64,000 nt of DNA from Candidatus Kaiserbacteria bacterium (GTDB lineage Bacteria; Patescibacteriota; Minisyncoccia; Phycocordibacterales; UBA918), in the NCBI GenBank assembly GCA_016204695.1, contig JACQKD010000014.1:18562-82561 (forward strand), given 5' to 3'. The position numbers were made by a program, and so were the translations under genes. Position 1 is the stretch's first letter, and the number at the start of each line of letters is the position of its first letter. The notes below the pieces were generated by a model. That model ran no database searches, was not told the origin of the DNA, and saw nothing but the letters and a program-made list of their open reading frames with translations. Positions 55,307 through 64,000 of this stretch are shown here, piece by piece.

Positions 55307-55366
55307 TCGGCACTCCTGTTGCATCCCGTGATATAGTCTGGTACAGTCCTCTCCCCGTTAATAATA

Positions 55367-56515
55367 TTGATTCTATATATGAGCAATACAGCCAAATTGA
55401 TACTCGGAATAATCGCTCTGATGGTAATAGCCGGAGCGATAATCTTTTACGGAAAAAACCCTGACGAGAAGAATAATTTGGTTGAAGGGGAAACTCTAAA
55501 AATCGGATGGGTCGGTCCGCTCACCGGGCAAAGCGCCGCAATGGGCGAGCATAGCTCCACTGCCGTCCAGATCGCAGTAGATGAGATAAATGCGGCCGGG
55601 GGAGTAAACGGCAAAAAGATCGAGCTGTTCGTCGAGGATGACCAGTATTCGGCGGAAAAAACTCTCTCCGCGTACCGGAAGCTCGTCGACCTCAACAAGG
55701 TGAAGATAATCCTCCTGCAAAACTACACCGCCATATTTACGCTCGCTGAAAAGGCGGAGACCGAGGGCGTGCTACTTTTCGACGTCGTCGACTGCAATGA
55801 CCGCATCGTCGCAAGCGGCGACAACACCGTGTGCCTTGGTATCGAATCGGAAAGCATTTCGCGTCCGCTTGCGGATTACTCGGAGAAACAAGGATTCAAA
55901 AAAGTCGGAATCGTCCACTTCAACAGCGACCAGTTCTTTCCGTATGTGAAAGATGTTTTTGTCGAAGACTTTGATGGGCAAACGGTTGTGGAGGGATATG
56001 TGGCAGGAACAAATGACTTCAAAACCATCATGACGAAGATGGTCAAGGAAGATGTCGAAGCCATCGTGCTCCTTAGCTATGATGAGGGAGGTCTTGCGAT
56101 CAAGCAGGCGCGGGAGCTTGGTTTCAAAGGACCATTCCTGATGGCAGGCACCGTCGCAAGCCCGACACTTCAGGAACTCGCCCAAGGGAAAGCGGAAGGT
56201 ACGATTTTCACCTTCTGGAACGCGTCTCGTGACGACGAAATGGTGAAGAAATTCAATACCGCCTTTGCCGCAAAGAAAGGACACGAACCGTTCCTCGATT
56301 TCTCGACCTATCCCGCCTATGACGCCGTACGTGCACTTGCTAAAGCGCTTTCAACATCGAAAGACACGAGCTTTGATGGCGTAAAATCCGCACTTATTTC
56401 CCTCAAAGAAAAAGGATTGACCGGAGATATAGACTTCAAAGAAGACGGCGGCGCCCGGGTACCGTACAGTCTCTACGAACTCAAAGGCGGCATGCCGACA
56501 AAATTGGTCGAGTAA
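55367..56515 (+). CDS. branched-chain amino acid ABC transporter substrate-binding protein (paralog 5)
   Basis: LKIGWVGPLTGQSAAMGE...; PBP1 family; an alternative start is 55379. Confidence 0.8.
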   Translation: MILYMSNTAKLILGIIALMVIAGAIIFYGKNPDEKNNLVEGETLKIGWVGPLTGQSAAMGEHSSTAVQIAVDEINAAGGVNGKKIELFVEDDQYSAEKTLSAYRKLVDLNKVKIILLQNYTAIFTLAEKAETEGVLLFDVVDCNDRIVASGDNTVCLGIESESISRPLADYSEKQGFKKVGIVHFNSDQFFPYVKDVFVEDFDGQTVVEGYVAGTNDFKTIMTKMVKEDVEAIVLLSYDEGGLAIKQARELGFKGPFLMAGTVASPTLQELAQGKAEGTIFTFWNASRDDEMVKKFNTAFAAKKGHEPFLDFSTYPAYDAVRALAKALSTSKDTSFDGVKSALISLKEKGLTGDIDFKEDGGARVPYSLYELKGGMPTKLVE

Positions 56516-56539
56516 TTATTCTCACACAGAAGGTGTAAG

Positions 56540-57271
56540 ATGGGGGCAATGAAAGAAGCGACGCTTTTGGAATTGCGGGACGTCAGTGTGCAATATGGCG
56601 GAGTGAAGGCGCTCGCCGGGGTGGATGTGACTATTGACGAGGGAGAGGTTGTCGCCCTGATGGGTCCGAACGGCGCGGGGAAATCGACAGTACTCAAAGC
56701 AATCTTCGGGCTTGCGCCCATCGAATCGGGGCGTGTGATTTGGGAAGGAAGCGAGATCAAGCTCGCGCCACATGAGATCGTCGAGCTTGGCATCTCATTC
56801 GTACCGCAAGGGCGGAGGGTGTTCCGGCATCTCTCCGTGTACGAAAATATCGAGATTGGCGGGCATAACATAAAAAACAGAGCGGTACTCAAAGAGCGGA
56901 TTGAGGAAGCATTTGAGATTTTTCCTGCACTTAAAGAAAAAGTGTCTCAAAAATCGGGACAGCTTTCGGGAGGCCAACAACAAATGGTTGCGCTCGCGCG
57001 CGGGCTCGTCACGGACCCGAAGCTTCTCCTGCTTGACGAGCCCTCGCTCGGACTTGCACCGAAAGTCGTAAAGGAAGTCTTCGCGAAGATCAAGGAAATA
57101 AATGAAAAGCGAGGCACCGCAATACTTGTCGTCGAGCACAACATTAAGTCGATTCTTGAAATCGCCACGCGAGCGTATGTGCTCGATAAAGGGAAGGTGG
57201 TAACAAAGGGAACGGGAAAAAGCTTCACCCAAAGTGACATTCTGGAGAAAGTGTTTATGGGAGTGGTGTAA
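56540..57271 (+). CDS. livF: branched-chain amino acid ABC transporter ATP-binding protein (LivF-like)
   Basis: Walker A GPNGAGKST, signature LSGGQQQM, Walker B LLLDEPSLGLAP. Confidence 0.85.
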   Translation: MGAMKEATLLELRDVSVQYGGVKALAGVDVTIDEGEVVALMGPNGAGKSTVLKAIFGLAPIESGRVIWEGSEIKLAPHEIVELGISFVPQGRRVFRHLSVYENIEIGGHNIKNRAVLKERIEEAFEIFPALKEKVSQKSGQLSGGQQQMVALARGLVTDPKLLLLDEPSLGLAPKVVKEVFAKIKEINEKRGTAILVVEHNIKSILEIATRAYVLDKGKVVTKGTGKSFTQSDILEKVFMGVV

Positions 57272-57273
57272 GA

Positions 57274-57699
57274 CTATTGGCCGGTAGCCGTATATTTTGC
57301 GATTTTTCCGCGTGCGACTCGTTCAAGGTAGACGACTGTGGCGACTTCCGCGACAAGCAAAACAATCACAAACCAGAACATCCCCGCGCTGTTGCTCGCA
57401 AGCGAGAGGTCCACGAGCTCGCGGATGATGGCGATGACCCACGCCAATTGCATGATACGCACGTCTTTGTAGAAGAGCGCAAAGAGCAGTACGAGTGCGC
57501 CGCCAAGCTGTCGTCCGGCGACCATGTATGAGAGTTGGTCCACGGCATGCCCGGCACCGATACCCGGTACAAATTCCGATAAGTTAGTGAAAAAATTGAA
57601 AAAACCGAATGCGTTGATGAGCAATATCACGCAACTGAAAAGTACGATCACGAGCGGAAAGCGCGCGACAGTGGGGACGAGCGGGCGCATACCTCGCAT
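57274..57699 (-). CDS. DoxX family membrane protein
   Basis: C-terminal ~140 aa of ORF 57274..57975 (start MRGMRPLV); four TM helices with the FGFFNFFTNLSEF...PG pattern of DoxX. The upstream part of the long ORF lacks a credible start. Confidence 0.55.
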   Translation of the reverse strand: MRGMRPLVPTVARFPLVIVLFSCVILLINAFGFFNFFTNLSEFVPGIGAGHAVDQLSYMVAGRQLGGALVLLFALFYKDVRIMQLAWVIAIIRELVDLSLASNSAGMFWFVIVLLVAEVATVVYLERVARGKIAKYTATGQ

Positions 57700-57888
57700 A
57701 CGCCTACTTTCTGAAGATTGAGTCGGGCCAGGATATGATGTTTCCATATGTATATACAGTACCAACGAATAAGCGACAAACGCATCTGCGCACAATTTTA
57801 TACTGGCACCCCCTCGAGTCAACAAACTAATCCACCACCACATACGCATACTCGACAGTAATGGATAGCAAAACGGCGGCTCTTCTTT

Positions 57889-57901
57889 TATACTATCTTG
57901 C
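57889..57901 (+). promoter_or_regulatory. -10 box TATACT 7 nt upstream of the purQ ATG (leaderless pattern)
   Basis: ttTATACT atcttgc ATG. Confidence 0.3.
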
Positions 57902-58591
57902 ATGAAATCAAAAAGTGGCCTGCGCGTCGGCATCGTTCGTTTCCCCGGTTCCAACTGCGACCACGACACGCTCAACTATTTCACCGCCTTCGGCCATCGA
58001 CCGTTGTTCCTGTGGTTTAAGGATACGCGCATACCGGCGGTCGACCTCATTGTGCTACCAGGGGGGTTCGCGTTCGGCGATCGTGTATATGCAAAAGCGA
58101 CCGCCTCCTACACGATCGACCCCGGCAAGCTCGCGCTCACCTCGCCGATCATGAAGCCGTTGCGTGCCCTCGCGGAGAAAGGCATGCCGATTCTCGGCAT
58201 CTGTAACGGCTTTCAGATCCTCGTGAAAGCGGGCATGCTCCCGGGCGTGTTGCTACAAAACGATTCAAAGAAATTTTTCTGCGACTATGTCGACTGCACA
58301 GTCACGGGAAATTCTTTTTTCTCGAACAACAAGCTTCTTGGCAAAACATTCTCGATTCCCGTCGCCCATGGATACGGCAAATATTCGGTGTCAAAAAAAG
58401 AGGCCGCGGCGTTGCGCCGGAACGGGCAGGTATTTCTCGAATATAAGAGTATCAACCCCAACGGTTCGACAGACGACATCGCAGGCGTCTGCAACAAGGA
58501 GCAGACGATATTCGGCATGATGCCGCACCCGGAACGCTCGCCACGGCGGGAATATTTTATGCATGCAATCGAATCATATGTCCGCAAATAG
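57902..58591 (+). CDS. purQ: phosphoribosylformylglycinamidine synthase subunit PurQ (glutaminase)
   Basis: [14 protein letters not shown]...LPGGFAFGD...GICNGFQIL...HPER (class I GATase triad context). Confidence 0.85.
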   Translation: MKSKSGLRVGIVRFPGSNCDHDTLNYFTAFGHRPLFLWFKDTRIPAVDLIVLPGGFAFGDRVYAKATASYTIDPGKLALTSPIMKPLRALAEKGMPILGICNGFQILVKAGMLPGVLLQNDSKKFFCDYVDCTVTGNSFFSNNKLLGKTFSIPVAHGYGKYSVSKKEAAALRRNGQVFLEYKSINPNGSTDDIAGVCNKEQTIFGMMPHPERSPRREYFMHAIESYVRK

Positions 58592-60146
58592 AAACAACCC
58601 CACGGAGATTCCGAAACTTCTTGCCGAAGCGATGGCGAGCGAGCATACGAGCTACAAGAGTACGAAAAAGTTTCTCTCCAAACTTCCCACCAAAGGCAGA
58701 CATGTCATCCAAGGGCCGGGAGAAAACGCGGGTATCGTCGACCTCGGTGGCGGATGGGCGCTCGCACTGCGTATCGAGAGTCACAATCATCCCTCCTTCA
58801 TAAAGCCCTATCATGGCGCGGCCACCGGCGTCGGCGGCATTCTGCGCGACATCTTCACTATGGGCGCGCGACCCATCGGCCTCTTGGATATCCTGCGCTT
58901 CGGCACCGACGCCTACTCCAAACGGCTCGTGCCGGAAGTGGTGCGCGGCATTGCCGACTACGGCAACTGCATCGGGGTACCGGTCGTCGGCGGCGATGTG
59001 TATTTCGACAAGACCTATAACCATAATTGCCTCGTCAACGTCGCCGCCTTCGGTCTCGTCAAAAAGAAAAATATTATTTACGGAAATGCACTGACGACCG
59101 GGAGCGACCTCATCTATGTCGGCGGGCGCACCGGCAGAGACGGCGTCGGCGGAGCGCAGATGGCATCGGAGTCGCTCGACTCCATGAATGAGGCGGCGAT
59201 TCAAAGCGCCGATCCGTTCCTCGAAAAGCTACTCCTTGAGGCATGTTGGGAGCTTGCGGAAACCGACTGGGTGGAGGGCATGCAGGATATGGGAGCCGCA
59301 GGCCTGTTATGCTCGACCTCGGAAGTGGTACTCCGCGGCAGAAAGAAAACGGGAAAGAATCTCGGCGCACGCGTATTCCTCAATCGCGTGCCGGTGAAGG
59401 CCGCACGCATGACGCCGGTCGAGATGCTGCTCTCGGAATCGCAGGAACGGATGATGATCGTAGGGAAGCGGAAATACCGCAGAAAGATACTCGCGCTTTT
59501 CAAATATTGGGACCTCGAAGCGGTGGTCGTCGGCACGGTCACGAACGACGGCAAATACACGATTGTCTACAACGAAGGCAGGAAGAAAAATGTTACATTG
59601 CCGATGAACTTTGAAGAGGTATTCCCCGATCTCGAAGAGCACTGGGAACTCACGAAGTGGAAGGCGCAGAAAGGCGCGCACAAGAAAGCCGCGACCTCGT
59701 TCACTCGTGACATCTGGCACCAGTACGACTGGATGGTGGGGACGAGGACACACAAAGGCCCGAACTGTCCCGGCAACTACGCGATTCTCGGTCTTCCGGA
59801 GATCAAAAGCGAGCTGGTGGTGTCGTGGAGTTCCGATGAGGGCCGTTCTGACCAAAATCCGGCACGCGGCATCGAGCATGCATTCGACCGATGTCTTGCA
59901 CGAATGAAGCATCTTAAAGCAAAGCCGCTCGGCTTGACGAATTGTCTCAATTTCGGGCATCCGCGCGATTCCATGGGGGCGTTCGCACAGACGACCGAAG
60001 CGCTTGCAAAACGATGCAAGAAAACCGGTATACCGGTGATTGGCGGCAATGTCAGCTTATACAACGCGCACGAGGGTCATTCCATCAAGCCGACGCCCGT
60101 ACTCGTCATGGTCGGCGTACGGAAGAACCGGATTCAAAAAACCTAG
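58563..60146 (+). CDS. purL: phosphoribosylformylglycinamidine synthase subunit PurL (short form, 527 aa)
   Basis: [13 protein letters not shown]...[13 protein letters not shown]...ESHNHPS...GGILRDIF... and the second-half motif NCLNFGHP...GGNVSLYN; appears to lack the last AIRS_C-like domain. Confidence 0.8.
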   Translation: MQSNHMSANRNNPTEIPKLLAEAMASEHTSYKSTKKFLSKLPTKGRHVIQGPGENAGIVDLGGGWALALRIESHNHPSFIKPYHGAATGVGGILRDIFTMGARPIGLLDILRFGTDAYSKRLVPEVVRGIADYGNCIGVPVVGGDVYFDKTYNHNCLVNVAAFGLVKKKNIIYGNALTTGSDLIYVGGRTGRDGVGGAQMASESLDSMNEAAIQSADPFLEKLLLEACWELAETDWVEGMQDMGAAGLLCSTSEVVLRGRKKTGKNLGARVFLNRVPVKAARMTPVEMLLSESQERMMIVGKRKYRRKILALFKYWDLEAVVVGTVTNDGKYTIVYNEGRKKNVTLPMNFEEVFPDLEEHWELTKWKAQKGAHKKAATSFTRDIWHQYDWMVGTRTHKGPNCPGNYAILGLPEIKSELVVSWSSDEGRSDQNPARGIEHAFDRCLARMKHLKAKPLGLTNCLNFGHPRDSMGAFAQTTEALAKRCKKTGIPVIGGNVSLYNAHEGHSIKPTPVLVMVGVRKNRIQKT

Positions 60147-60159
60147 CCGAATATACACC

Positions 60160-61284
60160 ATGAAAAGCGCATACGCACAGGCAGGAGTGGACGTCGACAT
60201 CGAAGCGCAGGCCTCGCGAATCATGTATGAAGCGGCGCGTACGACATTTGAAAACCGCCGCGGCAACATCGGCGAGATCATCACACCATTTGATGACTTC
60301 TCGGGCATCCGCGTCGTCGACGTCGGCGGATTGCCGAGCGGGAGCATGATGTGTATGTGCTTCGATACCACGGGCACGAAAGTGGAACTTGCGCACCGCA
60401 TGAACAAACACGACACGATCGCGTACGACCTCTTCGCGATGGTCTGCGACGACGCCGTCTTGCGCGGCGGGGAGCCGGTTTTGATCGGCAGCAACCTCGA
60501 CATCCAGTCGCTCGGCACCGATGAACGATTCATTCCTGTGATACGCCAGCTCGCCGAGGGCTACACTGCCGCGGCAAAGACGGCAAATGTGGCGGTCATA
60601 AACGGAGAGATCGCGCAGATGGGTGAACTGGTTGCCGGCCACGGCGATTTTCCATACCACTGGGGCGCCGCACTCGTGTGGTTTGGCAGGCGCGAAAAAC
60701 TTTTTACCGGAAGAGAAATTAAGACAGGAGACGCGGTGGTGATGTTGCGACAGGTAGGATTCAGAGCCAACGGCCTCTCGCTGGTCCGCAGGATCTTTGG
60801 AAATGCTTATGGGGAAGACTGGCACCACACGATGTTTGAAGACATGCCGCTCGGCCTTCATGTGCTTGAACCGTCGACCATCTACAGCGCGCTTGTCGTC
60901 GCGCTTCATGGCGGATTTAAAACGAAAGGATCGGCGGAGATCCATGGCGTCGTTCACATCACCGGCGGCGGCATTCCCGAAAAATTTTCCCGCGTATTGC
61001 GCCCGAGCGGTCTGGGTGTCCGTCTCGCATCACTCTTTTCTCCATCGTCGGTGGTACTGCATTGTCAAAGACTCGGCGGTATCTCCGACCGCGATGCCTA
61101 CGGTGCCTGGGGCATGGGCCAGGGGATGGCGCTCATCACGCCCGAACCGGAGAAAGTCGTAGCGGCGGCGCCCTCGTTCGGGATCGAAGCCCAGATAGCC
61201 GGGGAAATAATGCCCGAAGCGGGAGTCATCGTCGTAAGTCAAGGAGCCGAACAGCCCGGCACAGAAATTGTATTTGATGCATGA
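60160..61284 (+). CDS. purM: phosphoribosylformylglycinamidine cyclo-ligase (AIR synthase, PurM)
   Basis: MKSAYAQAGVDVDIEAQ N-terminus, FDTTGTKVELA (equivalent of the DGVGTK motif), AIRS/AIRS_C pattern; start at internal ATG of ORF 60040. Confidence 0.8.
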   Translation: MKSAYAQAGVDVDIEAQASRIMYEAARTTFENRRGNIGEIITPFDDFSGIRVVDVGGLPSGSMMCMCFDTTGTKVELAHRMNKHDTIAYDLFAMVCDDAVLRGGEPVLIGSNLDIQSLGTDERFIPVIRQLAEGYTAAAKTANVAVINGEIAQMGELVAGHGDFPYHWGAALVWFGRREKLFTGREIKTGDAVVMLRQVGFRANGLSLVRRIFGNAYGEDWHHTMFEDMPLGLHVLEPSTIYSALVVALHGGFKTKGSAEIHGVVHITGGGIPEKFSRVLRPSGLGVRLASLFSPSSVVLHCQRLGGISDRDAYGAWGMGQGMALITPEPEKVVAAAPSFGIEAQIAGEIMPEAGVIVVSQGAEQPGTEIVFDA

Positions 61285-61392
61285 CATATCCGTATCGCGG
61301 GGATTTTCGCGCGATGGTGTATAGATCTCGTTGATGCCGGATGGGCGGGGATATAATACCGATACGGATTTATCGATAATCATCACCTGCGT

Positions 61393-61899
61393 ATGGTCAC
61401 ACCAAAACAGAAAGTTGCGGCAAAGCGCAACGTCAAGAAGGCGCAAGCCGTTTGGAAGGGAATGACGAAGCGCCAGCACTCGCTCGCACAACCCGAAGGA
61501 CGAGCGCGGAAAAAGCCCGGCACGACCGGAAAAGGAAAGTTTTATCGCATTGAGATTCGCCCCAAAGGGGAATTCAAGACATTTCGAGTGCAGGATGTCG
61601 GGAAGAAGGGCGGGCTTGAGCGGCTCGCCGGCAGGCGGTCAAGCGGAAGCTGGGACACGGTGACATGGCTTGTTGCGAAAGAAGAAGCGCACGTCGGTCC
61701 GAACGGACAGCTTGTGATCGACAGCCCGCGTGCGCGAACGGCACTCACGCAGATTGTCGGACCGATTGTGCATGTAAAGGGCGATGTTTTCAGAGCGCAT
61801 CCGAAAAAGAATGTGCCGGAGTCGGCAAAGCCGACTCCGGCAATGCGCCGCGCCCAAAAAACCAATATCAAGAAAGCCCAGGCCGCCCGACGAAAATAA
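61393..61899 (+). CDS. hypothetical basic protein with terminal KKAQA repeats
   Basis: 168 aa, Lys/Arg-rich, repeated NVKKAQA/NIKKAQAARRK at both termini; no recognised family. Confidence 0.4.
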   Translation: MVTPKQKVAAKRNVKKAQAVWKGMTKRQHSLAQPEGRARKKPGTTGKGKFYRIEIRPKGEFKTFRVQDVGKKGGLERLAGRRSSGSWDTVTWLVAKEEAHVGPNGQLVIDSPRARTALTQIVGPIVHVKGDVFRAHPKKNVPESAKPTPAMRRAQKTNIKKAQAARRK

Positions 61900-62053
61900 G
61901 TAAAACCGACCGCCCGTCGATCCCCGTTGCAAGCAGACGGGGCATTCTGGCATCCGCAAGTAAAAGGTGCACAGGCACCGGATTCTATTTCGGATGATCC
62001 GACGTACAATGCTACACGCCGAGCTGCCCATCTGTGCTACCCTTAAAATACAC

Positions 62054-63046
62054 ATGCCAAAAGAAGAAAAAACGATTGTTGTCTCCGAACTCTCAAAGAA
62101 ATTCACGTTCCCGGTCAAAACCGAAGGGACGGGATGGTTGAAGAATCTGTTGCGACCCGAGATCAGGCATGTCAGGGCGGTGGACGCAATTTCATTCTCG
62201 GTCACCAAAGGGGAGCGGGTCGCTTTCATCGGCCCAAACGGAGCGGGAAAGTCAACAACGATAAAAATGCTGACAAGCATCTTGTTTCCGACGTCAGGGA
62301 CAATACGGGTCCTGGGACTTGATCCGACGACAGACCGCAAAAAACTCGCGTACAAGATCGGCACCGTCTTCGGTCAGCGTTCCCAGCTATTCCCCAACTT
62401 GCCGATCACCGATTCTCTCGAATTTTTCGGTGTGATGTATGACATGACCGATATACAAATACGGAAACGTGTCATTGAGCTTGCGGAGCTCTTTGAGCTT
62501 AATTCGTTCGCCGATCAGCCGGTACGAAAGCTCTCACTCGGTCAGCGTATGCGTGCCGAAGTGGCCGCATCGCTCATGCACCGACCAGAAGTCATTTTCC
62601 TCGACGAGCCGACAATCGGGCTTGATGTTATTGCCAAAAAATCCCTTCGCGATTTGTTGGTCAAAATAAACAACGAAGAACAAACTACTATTTTTCTGAC
62701 TTCTCATGACGTCGGCGATATCGAATCCCTCTGCAATCGGACAATCATCATCAACAAGGGAATATTGGTGAAAGATCTGCCGACCCAAGAGCTTACGCGG
62801 ACGTTCGTGTATGAAAAATACATTGATCTCGTGCCCCCCGTGGCATTTGAGACGTTTCCCGAACTGCCGGACGGCATCCGCTATGCGACGAAGGGGAAAA
62901 ATAAGATCACAACAATCGTCGATCTCGATAGAATCAGCGTACGAGACGCGCTCAAAGCGCTCCTCGACATCTTCGAGGTGGAAGATGTCGACGTCTACAA
63001 CACCGACCTTGAGACAGTGATCAGACATATCTATGAAGCAGACTAG
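62054..63046 (+). CDS. ABC transporter ATP-binding protein (ABC-2 exporter type)
   Basis: Walker A GPNGAGKSTT, signature LSLGQRMR, Walker B IFLDEPTIGLD; start at internal ATG (MPKEEK). Confidence 0.85.
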   Translation: MPKEEKTIVVSELSKKFTFPVKTEGTGWLKNLLRPEIRHVRAVDAISFSVTKGERVAFIGPNGAGKSTTIKMLTSILFPTSGTIRVLGLDPTTDRKKLAYKIGTVFGQRSQLFPNLPITDSLEFFGVMYDMTDIQIRKRVIELAELFELNSFADQPVRKLSLGQRMRAEVAASLMHRPEVIFLDEPTIGLDVIAKKSLRDLLVKINNEEQTTIFLTSHDVGDIESLCNRTIIINKGILVKDLPTQELTRTFVYEKYIDLVPPVAFETFPELPDGIRYATKGKNKITTIVDLDRISVRDALKALLDIFEVEDVDVYNTDLETVIRHIYEAD

Positions 63047-63833
63047 ACTGGCGCAAAAAATAATACGAACGCAATTCAAAGACCGCATCTATTATCCGAG
63101 CCGGCTTGTGGTCGATACGATACGCGTCATCGCACGGTGCGGGATTTTGCTCATACTGTATTCGTATGTCTTCGAGCTCAACAATGGAACAATAAACGGC
63201 GTATCATATGTCACCGCCGCGTGGAGCATGTTTTTCTATTTTGCGTTCTCAGTCCTCGTCTTACGCCATATCTCCCAGGCAATCATGGAGGATGTGCGGC
63301 GAGGCACCGTGGAAATCCTTTTCAGCAAGCCGATCTCATACCTTTCGTACCGAATGGCGTTCCAGGTGGGAAAGGGACTCTACTCGTTTTTGGTTATCGG
63401 CGTGTCGGGAGCACTCGTACTCGCACTTCTTGTCGGCTTTCCGGTAACGGCAACTTCCATGATTTTCATACCCACCATGATCGTGACTTTTGTCCTTGGA
63501 GTCATTCTTTCGCTTCTTCTTTATTCGATCATCGGGCTCCTTGCATTTTGGATCGAAGACATCAATCCGATATTTTGGACTGTCGATAAAGCTGTCATGA
63601 TCCTGGGAGGATCGTATCTTCCGGTGGCGTTATTCCCGACCTACGTATACGCCCTCGCCTTATACAGCCCGTTCGGCGCCACGCAATTTATTACCCACAC
63701 CGTATACCACACATGGCAGACCGAATGGTATTTCAAAATCGGCATGCAGGTATTTTGGGTTATTGCGCTCGGCGCAATCGTACACATTGTATTCCAAAGG
63801 GCAAAGCAAAAGGTTTCCGTAAACGGAGGATAA
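63033..63833 (+). CDS. ABC-2 family transporter permease
   Basis: Six TM helices; overlaps the ATPase stop. Confidence 0.7.
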   Translation: MKQTRLAQKIIRTQFKDRIYYPSRLVVDTIRVIARCGILLILYSYVFELNNGTINGVSYVTAAWSMFFYFAFSVLVLRHISQAIMEDVRRGTVEILFSKPISYLSYRMAFQVGKGLYSFLVIGVSGALVLALLVGFPVTATSMIFIPTMIVTFVLGVILSLLLYSIIGLLAFWIEDINPIFWTVDKAVMILGGSYLPVALFPTYVYALALYSPFGATQFITHTVYHTWQTEWYFKIGMQVFWVIALGAIVHIVFQRAKQKVSVNGG

Positions 63834-63837
63834 TCCT

Positions 63838-64000
63838 ATGATAAACGAACTATATTTTGCGCTTTACGCGATCAAGAAAAATGTCCAGAGTAACGCGGAG
63901 CTTCGTACGAGCTTTATCGCCAACATCATCGGCATGATGATCAATAACACGTCCTTTCTTATCATATGGATATTCTTTATCCGGTCGGTCGGCATCATTA
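63838..64000 (+). CDS. second ABC-2 permease, 5' partial (runs off the window end)
   Basis: MINELYFALYAIKKNVQSNAEL...IIGMMINNTSFLIIWIFF; hydrophobic; continues beyond 64000. Confidence 0.5.
   Translation, partial: MINELYFALYAIKKNVQSNAELRTSFIANIIGMMINNTSFLIIWIFFIRSVGII

Noticed and set aside
57700-57975. N-terminal 90 residues of minus-strand ORF 57274..57975, as part of the DoxX gene
   Set aside because: The DoxX homology and hydrophobic helices begin at MRGMRPLV (57699). The upstream part runs through the purQ promoter region and purQ 5' end and has no start-site support.
1-64000. CRISPR arrays, rRNA genes, transposases/integrases
   Set aside because: No regularly spaced direct repeats, no rRNA-like conserved stretches, and no DDE/tyrosine-recombinase-like ORFs were seen. 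The cassette and islet features noted above lack an obvious recombinase within the window.

Overview
This is a compact, gene-dense window (mostly + strand, many overlapping start/stop codons). Its gene content resembles a reduced, symbiont-like bacterium such as Patescibacteria/CPR, although that placement is inferred from gene content alone and cannot be computed here. I could support the following:

- a histidine phosphatase/salvage-enzyme cluster at the 5' end;
- an operon of five genes that together carry six PEP-utilizing-enzyme 'mobile' phosphohistidine domains, headed by a rifampin-phosphotransferase-like protein with an N-terminal ATP-grasp domain;
- cell-wall hydrolases (M23, M15, GH18, LdcA, C39-like) and an HtrA protease;
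- two ABC-2 exporters, ftsEX, pyrG, and an RF2 gene with no programmed frameshift;
- three tRNAs, of which tRNA-Thr(GGU) is interrupted in the anticodon loop by a 209-nt group-I-like intron and sits next to a LAGLIDADG-like ORF;
- a tRNA-Gln-adjacent AT-rich islet carrying a HEPN two-gene module;
- two cassette-like inserts between dgkA and ldcA, each bounded by copies of the dgkA 3' end and the ldcA 5' end;
- a SET-domain protein and a DUF2419/Qng1-like queuosine salvage protein;
- several Nudix and MazG genes and a secreted thermonuclease;
- a liv-type amino-acid ABC operon with five paralogous binding proteins;
- purQ, purL (short), purM, and another ABC-2 exporter at the 3' end.

A TATAAT/TATACT box 7-10 nt upstream of the start codon recurs, suggesting leaderless mRNAs. 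No CRISPR array and no rRNA were seen.
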